A DNA stretch of 64,000 nt from a virus (Duplodnaviria > Caudoviricetes). Location: IMG/VR virus record IMGVR_UViG_2934377003_000001, positions 13,687-77,686 of that record. One strand, 5' to 3'. Below are positions 1 through 10,321 of this stretch, in pieces. The position numbers and the translations under genes are program-made. The notes under the pieces are model-generated. The model saw only the letters and a program-made list of their open reading frames with translations, did not search any database and was not told the DNA's origin. The first letter of the stretch is position 1; each line of letters begins with the position of its first letter.

Positions 1-302
1 GCCGTGACCTTCTTCGCGGCCATGTCCGCGCGCAGCACCACCAGATCCACGCGCGCCGCGCCCCCCGCGTTGGCGGTCACGGTCAGGGTCTTCGCCGCGT
101 CGAGGTAGTAGTAGAAGCCGTTCACGAACGCGTGCCCCGGCCCGACGGTCACGGTGGTGGTCGCTGACCCGGTGACCTTCAGCGCCGTCGATGTGGGGTC
201 TTGGGCGTGGACGCCGTCCAGACCCCAGCGGCGCGCCACACGCGACCACTGGACTTGGGTGGTGATCGGGGAGCCGTCGAACGGCGCGGAGAACTCAGCC
301 AT
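1..302 (-). CDS. Minor tail protein (5' part only; runs off the window)
   Basis: ATG at 302 reads MAEFSAPFDGSPITTQVQWSR...VTVGPGHAFVNGFYY...RVDLVVLR, typical of actinophage minor tail proteins; follows the minor tail gene. Confidence 0.75.
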   Translation of the reverse strand, partial: MAEFSAPFDGSPITTQVQWSRVARRWGLDGVHAQDPTSTALKVTGSATTTVTVGPGHAFVNGFYYYLDAAKTLTVTANAGGAARVDLVVLRADMAAKKVT

Positions 303-304
303 GG

Positions 305-1480
305 TCAGGCCGCCTTCCTGGTCTTGACGCGCCCGACGTCCTTCTTGATCTGGGCGATGTACGAGTAGATGCGGGCGACGACACTTTCGCCGGTGCTGTC
401 CCCGCCGACCGTCGCCTTCACCGACGAGCCCGCGGTGGAGCTGGTGAGGGTGACCTCCCGGCAGACGTCCGTGTACCAACTGCCGCCCCGCAGCTGGGCG
501 CTGACGGTGTCGCCGACGTTGTAGTCCCGGCCATAACGCAGGAGCGGCAGATCCACGGGGCTGATCGACAGCGAGCCCTGTCCGGCACCGCGGGTAAGGG
601 CCTCCTCGGCGGCCTGGTCCATCTGCGCGACGAGGTCGACGGAGGCGGAGTCCACGGACGTCTGGTCGACGAACTGCTCCAACACGAGGTCGGGGAAGAG
701 GGGGTCGACGCGGTCGTAGGTCTTGCAGATGCGGGGGCTGGTGCCGCCGCCTGCGACGACGATCGCGCGGGTGCAGGTGGGCGGGGTGGTCGTGTAGTTG
801 GCGTCGGTGAGGTTGCCCAGGCCGAAGGAGAAACGGGCTGTGCGGGACAGGTCGGCGGGCTCGAACACCTGGAACTGCAGGCCGCTCCCGACCTGGACGA
901 CGCGGAAACCCAGCCCGGCGGCCTCGGCGACGTCCTGCAGCACGGTGAGGAGGTTGTCGAACTGGTTGACCTCCCGCACCAGGGCTGGCCCGTGGGCGCC
1001 GTTCGCGGCGAGGGTGAGCAGCGGGTTCCGGCGCGACGACAGGGCACCCGGCCCGACGTTGAGGTTGACCAGGTTCCGCATGCCGGTCTCGGCGGCAGCC
1101 ACGTCGATCTTGTACACGGATGCCGACTGCGAGCCGATCACCGCCGTCGGCGACGGCCAGCACGTGTACCGGGCCAGCAGCTCGTCATCGGAGACCGCGC
1201 CGACGGTGAGCTTCCCGCCGCCGGCGTCCGACTCCGACCGCGACCAGTCGACCGTGCGGATCGGCCCGGACATGACCGTGTCGCCGTCCATGGTCTTCAC
1301 GATCAGCCCGTTGCCCTCGGCGAGCAGCGGCGTCATCGGGGAGTCCGCGGCGATCTCCATCGTCATGGCGCCGATCGCGTTGTGGCGGGGCACGACGGTG
1401 AGCTGGGTGTAGTCGGCGACCTGCCCGATCCGCTCCAGTGTCGAGTTCCGCACGTACACGCGCTGCGCAGTGGGGTCCAT
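305..1480 (-). CDS. Minor tail protein (ReqiPepy6 Gp37-like / Tal hub)
   Basis: 391 aa downstream of Dit; C-terminal RYGRDYNVGDTVS motif typical of this family. Confidence 0.8.
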   Translation of the reverse strand: MDPTAQRVYVRNSTLERIGQVADYTQLTVVPRHNAIGAMTMEIAADSPMTPLLAEGNGLIVKTMDGDTVMSGPIRTVDWSRSESDAGGGKLTVGAVSDDELLARYTCWPSPTAVIGSQSASVYKIDVAAAETGMRNLVNLNVGPGALSSRRNPLLTLAANGAHGPALVREVNQFDNLLTVLQDVAEAAGLGFRVVQVGSGLQFQVFEPADLSRTARFSFGLGNLTDANYTTTPPTCTRAIVVAGGGTSPRICKTYDRVDPLFPDLVLEQFVDQTSVDSASVDLVAQMDQAAEEALTRGAGQGSLSISPVDLPLLRYGRDYNVGDTVSAQLRGGSWYTDVCREVTLTSSTAGSSVKATVGGDSTGESVVARIYSYIAQIKKDVGRVKTRKAA

Positions 1481-1490
1481 GGCCTGCCTC

Positions 1491-2456
1491 CTAGGACGCC
1501 AGGTAGCGGGGCTGGTAGGTCATGGACACGCTCGTCGTGCCGGTGGAGCCGTCGACGATGAGGTTCAGCTGGTTGCGGCCCTCCTCCAGTGGCCACATCA
1601 CGGATGCGTCCGACAGGTCCGGCCACAGGTTGGTGGTGCCGTTGAGGAGGGCGGTCTGGCGGCGTTCGCGGGTGTCGAGGACGATTGTGTCCGTGTCGGT
1701 GAGCGTCCGCTCGACGGTCAGCTCCCGCACCGCGCTCTCGCCTGTGGCGAAGTCGGTGACCGTGTTGGTGAGGGTGATGCCGGTGGCGGGTCCGTGGATC
1801 GTCCACACCGGGTAGGCGACGTCATCCCCGAGATTGTCGACGGTGACTTCACCGAGGACTTGGGAGTCGCCGACAACGAGCGGCAGCAGCGGAAAAAACT
1901 CGTCGTCGCTGCCGGCCTTCCAGCTTTGGGTGACGGGCTCGCCGACCCAGTACGGGGAGGGCACGCCGAAGGTGAGGGCGTTGATGCACCAGCGCTCGCC
2001 CGCGGCGTCGAGACTCTCGTCGCCTTCGAGGCCGCTCGTGTAGTAGGCGCCGATGGAGCGGGTCGCGCCGTCAGGCTCGGTCAGGGTGAGCGTGCCGACG
2101 CCGCGCTTCGGATTCAGGCTGTTGATGAGGGCCCGGCGGCGCGCCTTGTACGCCTGCCTGCTGTCATTGGCCCAGAACGCGATCGGCAGGATGATCTGCT
2201 TGCCCTGGGCTCGGATGTCGCGGACTTCGTAGCCGTCGATGCCCGGCGACTCGTCGGTGGCGACCTGGTATTCGGGCATGTCGAGGCCCTTGGCGCCGGG
2301 CTGGAGGAGCCAGCCGCGTTCCCAGTCGGAGAAGAGCGTCGTCACACCGCGCGGGTCCGTGAAGCTGACCCGCGGCATCCAGTTGATGCGTGTCGGCCAG
2401 CCCGGGCCCTCCTGCTCGCCGGGCGGGACTGCCTGTGACGGGACGAGGATCGGCAT
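1491..2456 (-). CDS. Distal tail protein (Dit)
   Basis: 321 aa directly after the tape measure gene; NLGDDVAYPVWTIHGP and WPLEEGRNQL motifs. Confidence 0.85.
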   Translation of the reverse strand: MPILVPSQAVPPGEQEGPGWPTRINWMPRVSFTDPRGVTTLFSDWERGWLLQPGAKGLDMPEYQVATDESPGIDGYEVRDIRAQGKQIILPIAFWANDSRQAYKARRRALINSLNPKRGVGTLTLTEPDGATRSIGAYYTSGLEGDESLDAAGERWCINALTFGVPSPYWVGEPVTQSWKAGSDDEFFPLLPLVVGDSQVLGEVTVDNLGDDVAYPVWTIHGPATGITLTNTVTDFATGESAVRELTVERTLTDTDTIVLDTRERRQTALLNGTTNLWPDLSDASVMWPLEEGRNQLNLIVDGSTGTTSVSMTYQPRYLAS

Positions 2457-5400
2457 TACTGCATCACCACCGGTCGGTTGAGCATCTCGTCAGTGGCGAG
2501 CGCATCGAGGACGCTCTTGCGGGAGGCGACCTCGCGGACGAGGGCGCTGTAGTGTAGATGCCGGTCGCCGCCGTAGCGGATGGCCTGGCTGTTCTGCACC
2601 CGGGCCGACGTTGCGGAGGCGGTGGCCCGCACCGTGCCGGCCATCCGCAGCGCCGCCGCTTCCACGTCGGGTACGGTCCGCTCCACACCGCGGGCGTAGC
2701 CGAGTCCGGTGAACCGGCCGAGGGCCTCGAGGACCCGCGACGGGGACTTGATCTTCAAAGCCTTCTTGATCGACGCCTGGATGGCCTTCGCCATCTGCGC
2801 CATCTGCGCCTCGATCGCCTTCTGCTGCGACGCAAGCCCAGTCAGGTAGCCCTTGCCGGAGTCGGCGCCGGCGTCGTACATGGCGTCCGCCGCGTCCTTC
2901 CCGAACGCGGATGTGGCCGTGCTGATCGCGGACTGGGCGGCGTTGATGTCCTTCAGCTGTGCGGGCGTCGCGTCGACGAGAGCTTGGGCGTAGGCGGCGC
3001 CCTGCTCGGGTCCGGCGGTGATGATCTGCTGGAGGAGCGTCTTGTTGAGGCCGCGGGTGGCGAGGGCCTTCAGGTTGGCGCCGAACTTCTTCAGCTGCCC
3101 GAGCCGGGTGTTGAGCCCGGCGAGGATCCCGCTCGCGTCGAACGTGTTGCCGCCGTTGGGCAGCCCGGTCATGGAGGTGTAGCTGACGGCCTGCTCGGTG
3201 GATGCTTTGGCGAGTTCGTTGGCGGCGGTGATTTTCGCGGCGATGTCGTCGCGCTGCTTCGACAGGGCCTGGAGCTTCTTGTTGCTGTCGGCGATCTGCT
3301 TCAGCAGCTTGTCGTCGAGGCTGGTCTTCACGCCCTTGAACGCGGCCTTGACCGCGTTGGCGACCTTGGTCATGGCCGTGTTGATGGACGTTGCCGTTCC
3401 GGCGAGGGCCTTGAGGAAGTCCGCACCGACCGCGTTCTTGATGGCGTTGGTGTTGACGTTCTTCCCGCCGACCCGGATCACGCCGCCGCTCGCGTAGCCG
3501 CGGGGCAGGCCGCGGCGGACACCGACCATGCCGCCGAGGGCATAGCCGCCGGGCCGGTTGTACGCCTTCGCCAGGCTGCCGTAGCGGGCGAGGGCGTACC
3601 GCATCGACGCGTAGATGTTCGCCGTCGGGTCGGTCGACACCCCGTACATGAACGGGCCGGTCCGCTTGTACTTCCCGGCGTAGGCGGCGAACGTGCCCTT
3701 GATGACCTGCATGAGGCCGACAGACGGAGTGCCGTTCTGCCAGTTGATGTCGTTCCGGTTGACGGCCTTGGGGTTGCCGCCGGACTCCTGGTTCATGCGG
3801 CGCAGCGTCGTGTTCGTCAGCGACAGGGACTGCTTGACCTGCCCCAGCACCTGCTGCACCACGCCCGTCCACCGCTTCACGCCGGTGCCGCCGACGTCGC
3901 CGCCGGACAGGTACTTCATGGGGTCGACGGTCTTGCCGCTGACGCGGGCCTCGAGGTGGAGGTGCGGGCCGGTGACGTTGCCGGTGGCGCCGACCGAGCC
4001 GATGCGGGCGCCCTGCTTGATGCCCTGCCCGGCCTTGGCGGCCATCGCGGACATGTGCGCGTACAGGCTGGTGAGGCCGCCGCCGTGGTTGACGGTGATG
4101 TGCTTGCCGTAGGGGCCGCCGGACTGGGCCTTGGCGACGGTGCCGTTGTCGACCGCCACGATCTTCGTGCCGGTCTTTGCGGGGAAGTCCAGGCCGGTGT
4201 GGTAACCCGAGGACCACATCGACCCCTTCTTCCCGAACGGGGTGCCGTAGGGCGCGTTGACGGGCTTGATCCAGGCGCCGGACGACTCGGGGATGTCCTT
4301 GCCGCGGATGTAGTCGATCGCCTTGTCGATCAGGTTCAGTGGGGCGCCTGCGATGGCGCCGGGCCAGCCGGACTTGTTCTTGCCCAGGGCCTTGGTGATG
4401 CCGGACTTGACGGGCTTGAACGCTTTCGCGGCCAGGTCGGCGAGGCCGCCGCGGACAGCATCCTTGCCCTTGTTGAGGGCGTCGCCGACGCTCGACGCGA
4501 TGCTGGAGCCGACCGACTTGATACCGCCGAGGATGCCGCCCTCGGCGAAGCCGCGGAACGGGGCCAGCGAGCGGCCGGCCATGGCGGCGGCGTTCACCGC
4601 GTGGAGGCGGGCCTGCTCGTAGGGGTCGCGCATGGCTTCGGAGACGTAGACGCCTTCGCCGCGGCGCATGGGGACGAGCTGGTCGTCACCGTCGCGCCAC
4701 GTGGACCATCCGGGGAGGATCCCGCCGCGGGCGAAGCCCTTCGGCATCGCCATCTTCTTCAGGTCCGGGACGCCGGGGATCTTCGCGGCGGTGGCGTTCC
4801 ACACGCCGACCACGCCACGGTTGAAAACCGTCTCGATCCAGAAGCGGATGGGGGCCTTCACCAACTCCTGGAGGCCCTTCCAGGCCACACCAAGGCCCTT
4901 CACGGCGTACTTGAAGCTGCTGGTCAGGCTGCTCGCGAACTTGTCCCAGCCCTCCCGCACGAGCGACCACGACCGGGAAGCGATGGCCCTGACACTGCCC
5001 CAGAAGGCGTCCCAGACGGCCGTTGCGCCGGTCTTGAGGGCGCGGAAGCCGGCGAGGACGCCGTCCTTGATGCCCTTGACGACGGCGACGAGCCACGTCC
5101 ACATCAACTTGAACCAGTAGGTGGCCCCGTTGACGATGTCCGGGATGATGCTGTGCCCGAGGAGCTTGTCCCACAGCCAGTAGAAGCCGTCGTAGACGAC
5201 TTTGACGCCCTTGGTCAGGACGTTCACGAACCACGTGATTCCGCCGATGACCTTCGTCAGGATCGGCACGAGGTAGCCGACCGCTGCGCCGAGGCCCTTC
5301 ATCATCAGGGTGAAGAGCGGGATCAGCGGCGTGATGGCCTGCAAGCCCAGGGTGATCAGCGCAAGGGCCAGTTGCGTCAGCGGAGGCAGCAGCGGGAACA

Positions 5401-8323
5401 GTGCCTGCAGCAGCGCCGTGAACACTGGCGTCAGCTGCTTGACGAGCGTTCCGATCATGGCGAATACCGGAACCAACGCCATGATCACCGGGTTGAGTGC
5501 CTGGATCAACGGCGGCAGCAGCGTCGTCAGGAGCCCGCCGATCAGTGTGATCAGCGGGCCGATCGCTTGCAGGATCGCCGCGATCAGCTGAGCGACGGGC
5601 ATCAGCACCGGCAGCAGCTGCACCGCCAGCTTCGCGATGATCCGCACCACGTCCGCGATGATCGGCATCAGCGCCTGAACCACCGGCATCAAGGCCTCAC
5701 CGATCGCGGCAAAGACCTGCGCGACGACCGGCCCCAGCTCTTCGGCGAGCTGCTGGATGACCGGGGCCATCGCCGCGAGCAGCGGCAGCAGCGCTTGCAG
5801 TGCCGCACCGAGTGCGCCCGCGAGGAGTCCCGCGACGGCGTTGAGCGCCCTGAAGATCGCCGTCAGTGCGGCCTGCACCTCGGGCATCTCGACGACGCGG
5901 CGGATTTCCTTGATGGCGGCGCCGATGACGCCGAAGAAGTCCCCGCCCGCCGCCCCCGCCGCCTTGAAGATCCCCGCGAAGATCCCGCCGAGATCCGCGA
6001 GGACCCCGCCGAACTTCACGGCCACGTCCAGAGCGGTGGATATGGCCTCTTCGAGGCGGCCGTCTTCGAAGGCTTTGCCGAGCTTGGCCATGACCCGGTC
6101 CATCGCGGAGCCGAGGCCGGACGTCATCCGGTCGAACGCGGGCTGGGCCGCCACCGACAGCTGCGCGAACCCGGTCACGAGCTGGCCGGGGATACGGTTG
6201 AGGTTGCCGAGGCTGGTGCGGACGCCGTCGAAAACCTTCCCGAGCGTCCCGGCCTTCTCCAGGTTCGACACGGCCGACAGCGCGTTCAACGCCATCAGGT
6301 TCAGCTCGCCGGCCGCGCCCACCAGGCCGGTACGGACCGTGGGCAGGATCTGCCCACCCACCGCCTGCAGCCTGGTGCCGAGGTTCGCGAACAGGGCATC
6401 CTGCACGTCGAGACGCATCGCCCCCCACGCCGGGGCCATCGCCTGCAGCGCCCCGACGAACGCCCGCGCATTCGGGGACAGCCCAGCCAGAGCGTCGTCG
6501 ACCTTGGACGTCTTCTCAGCCGCCGTCTCCTGCGCCTCAGCAACCCGACGGACCGCGTCCGCGACCGCCTCCTGGGCGTCCGCGACCTGCCGGCTCCCCT
6601 CTGCCTGCGCGTCACTGACGCCGCGTTGGGCGTCCGCGAGAGCACGCTCACGGTCGGCGACCTGCTCGTTTGCCCCGGCGATCTGCCGCTTGGCGTCCGT
6701 GACCGCCTTCGAGCCCTCCACCCCGGCCCTGTTGGCGGCGGCCGTGTCCTGTTCGAGGCGGGCGACCTGGACGCGCTGCTCTTCCAGAGACTGCACGGCG
6801 CGCTGCCGGGCAAGGTCCGCCTGCTCGATCTGCAGCTGGGTCGCGGTCGGGTCGGAGCGCACTTCCTGCAGGTCCAGCTCCGCCTGCTGGACGGCGAGGG
6901 TTGCCTCTTCCTCCGAGAGGCGGCCAGAGGTGAGCTGCTGGTTCAGGTCTTGCAGGTCGCGGACGGCTTGGCGGCGGACCGCTGAAAGTTCCTGCTGCGC
7001 CTGGCGGGCGTCGCGCTGGGCCCGGGACAGGTCCCGTTCGGCATCAGCAACCTGCCGGTTGGCCTGGGCGACGCGCTCCGCGGCCTGCCGTTGGGCGTCC
7101 TGCACGCTCCGCTGTGCCTTGGCGAGGGAGCGTTGGGCGTTCTCCACCTGCTTCGTCGCAGAAGCAGCCTTGGCGCCTTCCGTGGCGACCGGCGCGAACG
7201 CGGCCTTGATGGCCTCCCCGATGCCCTTCGTGCCGACCTTGATAGCGGCGAACCCGCCGATGAGCGCCGCCAGGCCGGGCGCCGCCGTCGCCGCCAGCGG
7301 GCCCACCTGCGCCAGGGCGGACCCGACGGACACGATGGTCGGCAAGACGGCCCCGGCGACCGCCCCGACGCGTCCGAGGGACGCCGACAGCGACGCGAGA
7401 CCCCCCAGCGCATTGCTGCCGAGACCGGCAAGGGTGCTGACCAGTGACGACAGGCCACCCGACTGGGTGCGGATGTTGATGCGCCGGTCGCGGGTCAGCG
7501 CGTTCAGGCGGGCTGCGGCGCCGGCGGTGTCGGCGTCCGCGCGGACGGTGACGGTCCGACGGCGGGTGAGGTTCGCGAGGTCGTCTGCGGCTGCCCGGGT
7601 GTCGGCGTCGGCGTCGATGCGGACCTGGCGGCGCCGGGTGAGGTTGGCCAGGTCGTCGGCGGCGGCGCGGGTGTCAACGCGGACGATGACGTTGACGTAG
7701 CGGTCGCGGCACAGGCGGGCGAGTTGGCGTTCGGCCCGGTCGTAGGCCGCCTGCTGGATCCTCGGCAGGATGTCGACGGTGCGCTGCCGTACCAGCTGGT
7801 CGATCTTCTTCTCGGCGTCGGTGGTGTCGGCGGTGGCCGTGACCTTCACCGTGCGCGCCTTGGTGAGCTTGTCGAGGGCCGCCGATGCCTGACTGTCTGA
7901 GAGCTGAGCGGTGACCTTGACGGTGCGCGCCTTGGTGAGCTCGTCCAGCTTGCTCTTCGCCGAGCCCGTGTCCAGGTCGACGGACACCTTGACGGTGCGT
8001 GGAGCGGTGAGCTTGTCGAGGGCGGCTCGGGCCTTGGTGTCGTCGAGATCGACGCCGACCTTGATGCGGCGGGCGGCGGTCAGCTGGTCGAGCTTGGTCT
8101 TGGCCGCGGCGGTGTCGAGGTCGAGGCCGACCTTCACCTTCGGCTTGAACTCGGTGAGGCGGGCGGTGGCCGCGCTGATGATCGACTTTCCGAGGACGTC
8201 GCCCGCCTTCAGGGCGGCGGGCCGGACCGCCTTGGGCAGCTCGACGAGCAGGACGGGGCCGAACTTCGACGTGTCCGGGGTGATCGAGACCCGGGTGCGT
8301 CCGACGATGGTCGCCTCGGCCAT
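2456..8323 (-). CDS. Tape measure protein with M23 peptidase and lytic transglycosylase domains
   Basis: 1955 aa, Ala/Leu-rich coiled coil; M23 motifs HTGLD, YAHMS and HLHLE; SLT motifs QESGGNP and GLMQ; IKSPSRV C-terminal motif. Confidence 0.95.
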   Translation of the reverse strand: MAEATIVGRTRVSITPDTSKFGPVLLVELPKAVRPAALKAGDVLGKSIISAATARLTEFKPKVKVGLDLDTAAAKTKLDQLTAARRIKVGVDLDDTKARAALDKLTAPRTVKVSVDLDTGSAKSKLDELTKARTVKVTAQLSDSQASAALDKLTKARTVKVTATADTTDAEKKIDQLVRQRTVDILPRIQQAAYDRAERQLARLCRDRYVNVIVRVDTRAAADDLANLTRRRQVRIDADADTRAAADDLANLTRRRTVTVRADADTAGAAARLNALTRDRRINIRTQSGGLSSLVSTLAGLGSNALGGLASLSASLGRVGAVAGAVLPTIVSVGSALAQVGPLAATAAPGLAALIGGFAAIKVGTKGIGEAIKAAFAPVATEGAKAASATKQVENAQRSLAKAQRSVQDAQRQAAERVAQANRQVADAERDLSRAQRDARQAQQELSAVRRQAVRDLQDLNQQLTSGRLSEEEATLAVQQAELDLQEVRSDPTATQLQIEQADLARQRAVQSLEEQRVQVARLEQDTAAANRAGVEGSKAVTDAKRQIAGANEQVADRERALADAQRGVSDAQAEGSRQVADAQEAVADAVRRVAEAQETAAEKTSKVDDALAGLSPNARAFVGALQAMAPAWGAMRLDVQDALFANLGTRLQAVGGQILPTVRTGLVGAAGELNLMALNALSAVSNLEKAGTLGKVFDGVRTSLGNLNRIPGQLVTGFAQLSVAAQPAFDRMTSGLGSAMDRVMAKLGKAFEDGRLEEAISTALDVAVKFGGVLADLGGIFAGIFKAAGAAGGDFFGVIGAAIKEIRRVVEMPEVQAALTAIFRALNAVAGLLAGALGAALQALLPLLAAMAPVIQQLAEELGPVVAQVFAAIGEALMPVVQALMPIIADVVRIIAKLAVQLLPVLMPVAQLIAAILQAIGPLITLIGGLLTTLLPPLIQALNPVIMALVPVFAMIGTLVKQLTPVFTALLQALFPLLPPLTQLALALITLGLQAITPLIPLFTLMMKGLGAAVGYLVPILTKVIGGITWFVNVLTKGVKVVYDGFYWLWDKLLGHSIIPDIVNGATYWFKLMWTWLVAVVKGIKDGVLAGFRALKTGATAVWDAFWGSVRAIASRSWSLVREGWDKFASSLTSSFKYAVKGLGVAWKGLQELVKAPIRFWIETVFNRGVVGVWNATAAKIPGVPDLKKMAMPKGFARGGILPGWSTWRDGDDQLVPMRRGEGVYVSEAMRDPYEQARLHAVNAAAMAGRSLAPFRGFAEGGILGGIKSVGSSIASSVGDALNKGKDAVRGGLADLAAKAFKPVKSGITKALGKNKSGWPGAIAGAPLNLIDKAIDYIRGKDIPESSGAWIKPVNAPYGTPFGKKGSMWSSGYHTGLDFPAKTGTKIVAVDNGTVAKAQSGGPYGKHITVNHGGGLTSLYAHMSAMAAKAGQGIKQGARIGSVGATGNVTGPHLHLEARVSGKTVDPMKYLSGGDVGGTGVKRWTGVVQQVLGQVKQSLSLTNTTLRRMNQESGGNPKAVNRNDINWQNGTPSVGLMQVIKGTFAAYAGKYKRTGPFMYGVSTDPTANIYASMRYALARYGSLAKAYNRPGGYALGGMVGVRRGLPRGYASGGVIRVGGKNVNTNAIKNAVGADFLKALAGTATSINTAMTKVANAVKAAFKGVKTSLDDKLLKQIADSNKKLQALSKQRDDIAAKITAANELAKASTEQAVSYTSMTGLPNGGNTFDASGILAGLNTRLGQLKKFGANLKALATRGLNKTLLQQIITAGPEQGAAYAQALVDATPAQLKDINAAQSAISTATSAFGKDAADAMYDAGADSGKGYLTGLASQQKAIEAQMAQMAKAIQASIKKALKIKSPSRVLEALGRFTGLGYARGVERTVPDVEAAALRMAGTVRATASATSARVQNSQAIRYGGDRHLHYSALVREVASRKSVLDALATDEMLNRPVVMQ

Positions 8324-8338
8324 GCGCCCTCCCCTCCG

Positions 8339-8845
8339 CTATCCGTTTGCTGCGTTGTCGAGTTCGGCGAGTCGCGCCTGCCACTCGTCGATCTCTGCCT
8401 GGTCGGTCTCCGTGGCCCGGACCGGGGCGAAGCCGTCCAGGTACTGCTCGGTGCGCTGCTGTACGGCGGCGGTTGCTTCGTCGTCCGCCTGCTGCCCGGC
8501 CAGTACGGGCGGCTGGATGGGTTCCATCTCCGGCGCACGGCCTTTGAGGTGGGCGGTCCAGAGGATGCGGATGACCATCAGCAGCGCGTTGTACTGGGCT
8601 GCGCCGACGAACGTCGCGCTGGTCCAGCGGCGGCCTTCGACATCTCCGGCGAGGGCCGCCTTGGTCGCCGAGTCCTCCGGCAACGCCACGATGAGGTCGC
8701 GGAGTTCGGCCCAGTTCATGGAGCCCTCACCCCACGACATGGCCCAGAACTCGCTCAGGCGGCGGCCGGGGTAGTAGCGCTGGATGTCGGCTCGGAGGCT
8801 CCCGGCGTGCTCGTGGAGGACGTCGAGGAGCCACTGCCTTCCCCC
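8339..8845 (-). CDS. Tail assembly chaperone, frameshifted C-terminal extension (gpGT-like)
   Basis: The -1 frame reads GGRQWLLDVLHEHAGSLRADIQRYY...; entered through GGGGGAA (ttccccc at 8839-8845 on +). Confidence 0.85.
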   Translation of the reverse strand, partial: GGRQWLLDVLHEHAGSLRADIQRYYPGRRLSEFWAMSWGEGSMNWAELRDLIVALPEDSATKAALAGDVEGRRWTSATFVGAAQYNALLMVIRILWTAHLKGRAPEMEPIQPPVLAGQQADDEATAAVQQRTEQYLDGFAPVRATETDQAEIDEWQARLAELDNAANG

Positions 8846-9168
8846 TCCGTCGTCCCGGCCTCGTCGGCGAGGGCTTCGACGATCTCCTTGAGTTCGCCGA
8901 CGGTGAGCCGGCCGACCTTCACGAGCCGGTCGAAGGACTCCGGGGGCAGGGCCAACTCGCGGAGGAGGCCGATGTTGGCGTCGCCGCCCTTCTCCTGGAC
9001 CTCCTCGATGACCTCGACGGGCCAGTCGTCCTGGGTGGGGAGGGTGCAGACCTCTTCGACGCCGTTCTCGTTTTCGAAGTAGATGTCGACGAACTGGGTC
9101 TTGGCGGCCTGCGCGCGCTGGGCGCGCATCTGCTGGAGGCGGACGATCTTCCGGTTGGGCTTCGACAT
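8755..9168 (-). CDS. Tail assembly chaperone (gpG-like)
   Basis: 137 aa between the major tail and tape measure genes; contains the slippery site G GGG GAA. Confidence 0.85.
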   Translation of the reverse strand: MSKPNRKIVRLQQMRAQRAQAAKTQFVDIYFENENGVEEVCTLPTQDDWPVEVIEEVQEKGGDANIGLLRELALPPESFDRLVKVGRLTVGELKEIVEALADEAGTTEGEGSGSSTSSTSTPGASEPTSSATTPAAA

Positions 9169-9277
9169 GGCTGCGGTTCCTTCTCGGGCGAGGGCGGGGC
9201 GGGGGCTGTGTCAGGTGGCCCGTCGTGCCGCCCCCGCCCAGGAGATGAGCGCGACGGACCACCAGTCAGAGGGGGGA

Positions 9278-9877
9278 TCAGCCAGGGTCGGGCTCGGGCT
9301 CGACGGGCAGCGTCACTTCGGTGATCATGTGCTGGACGGACTGGGCGCCGCCGGGCGCGGCGAGCGCGGTGAACGTCATGCCGAAGTTGCTGCTCTCCTC
9401 GGAGGAGTGCTTGACGGCTTCGCGGTCGGACACACCGCAGCGGGCGATCATGATGCGGTGCCGCTTCCCCGACATGATCACGTCGAGGCCGAGGGCGACC
9501 TCCACCGTGTCCGTCACGCTGCCCGAGCCGAAGGACAGGAACTGCTTCTTCGGTGTGGCCGCCGCGGTCGACGTCATCGACGCCAGCTTCACCTGGTAGT
9601 ACAGGGAGAGGTTGAACGCGTTCGTCTCGCGGAACACCAGCTTGAACGTCTGCGTCCGCTTGCGGGCGAGGTCGACGACCGGGGCATCTTCACCCCACGC
9701 ATCCAGCTGTGTCCGCTCCTCCTCCAGCGCCTCCTCCAGGCCGTCCGGGGTGATGAACCCCATGTCGGAGAAGTCCGCCCCCCACGGCTCTTCCGGGCCG
9801 GTCGGGAACGTCGCCCCGACCTCGGCCCGGTACGCCTTGCCGGCTGTGCCGACGATGATGTTCGCTGCGTCGCCCAC
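9278..9877 (-). CDS. Major tail protein
   Basis: 199 aa; FSDMGFITPDGLEE and DAWG motifs of actinophage tail tube proteins. Confidence 0.9.
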   Translation of the reverse strand: MGDAANIIVGTAGKAYRAEVGATFPTGPEEPWGADFSDMGFITPDGLEEALEEERTQLDAWGEDAPVVDLARKRTQTFKLVFRETNAFNLSLYYQVKLASMTSTAAATPKKQFLSFGSGSVTDTVEVALGLDVIMSGKRHRIMIARCGVSDREAVKHSSEESSNFGMTFTALAAPGGAQSVQHMITEVTLPVEPEPDPG

Positions 9878-9887
9878 GACGGGCCTC

Positions 9888-10319
9888 CTAGCTGGTGGAT
9901 CGGGGTGGGCTGACGCTCATCCCCAGGGTCATCCCGACGCGAGGCACGTCAGGGTTGAGGTCTTCGGGCCGGTCCTGCGGGCCGGTCTCTTCGCTGATCG
10001 CGAGGACGATGCCGTCCGCGGTGTCGCGGCCGGGCAGCAGTTCCCATGCGGCGCGCACCCGCAGCGCGAGGCGCATCGCGGCTCCGCGGTCGGTGGCGTA
10101 GCAGTCGACGGAGAACCGCGGGTTGTCGCGTGACGCCGGGTCCGCCCAGCCGCGCTGCCCGGCCGTGCCGCCGATGCGTAGCACCCGCACCGCAGGCAGC
10201 ACCGCGTTCAGCGCCTTGCCTTCCGGCAGGGAGCCGGTGACGTGCACGTCGGGCAGGTCGGCGGCGAGGAGGGTCACGGCGATCTGCTTGCCGTCGGGGA
10301 GGGTGGTCGGCGTCGCCAC
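9888..10319 (-). CDS. Tail terminator protein
   Basis: 143 aa; VRVLRIGG and FSVDCYA; positioned just before the major tail gene. Confidence 0.8.
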   Translation of the reverse strand: MATPTTLPDGKQIAVTLLAADLPDVHVTGSLPEGKALNAVLPAVRVLRIGGTAGQRGWADPASRDNPRFSVDCYATDRGAAMRLALRVRAAWELLPGRDTADGIVLAISEETGPQDRPEDLNPDVPRVGMTLGMSVSPPRSTS

Positions 10320-10321
10320 GG

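Noticed and set aside
2558-7700. Very long plus-strand ORFs (1475 aa, 647 aa) opposite the tape measure gene, and similar ones elsewhere (11474-13264, 28272-29996, 53251-55134)
   Set aside because: Antisense shadow ORFs expected from high-GC codon bias; no motifs or RBS, and they lie opposite clear genes
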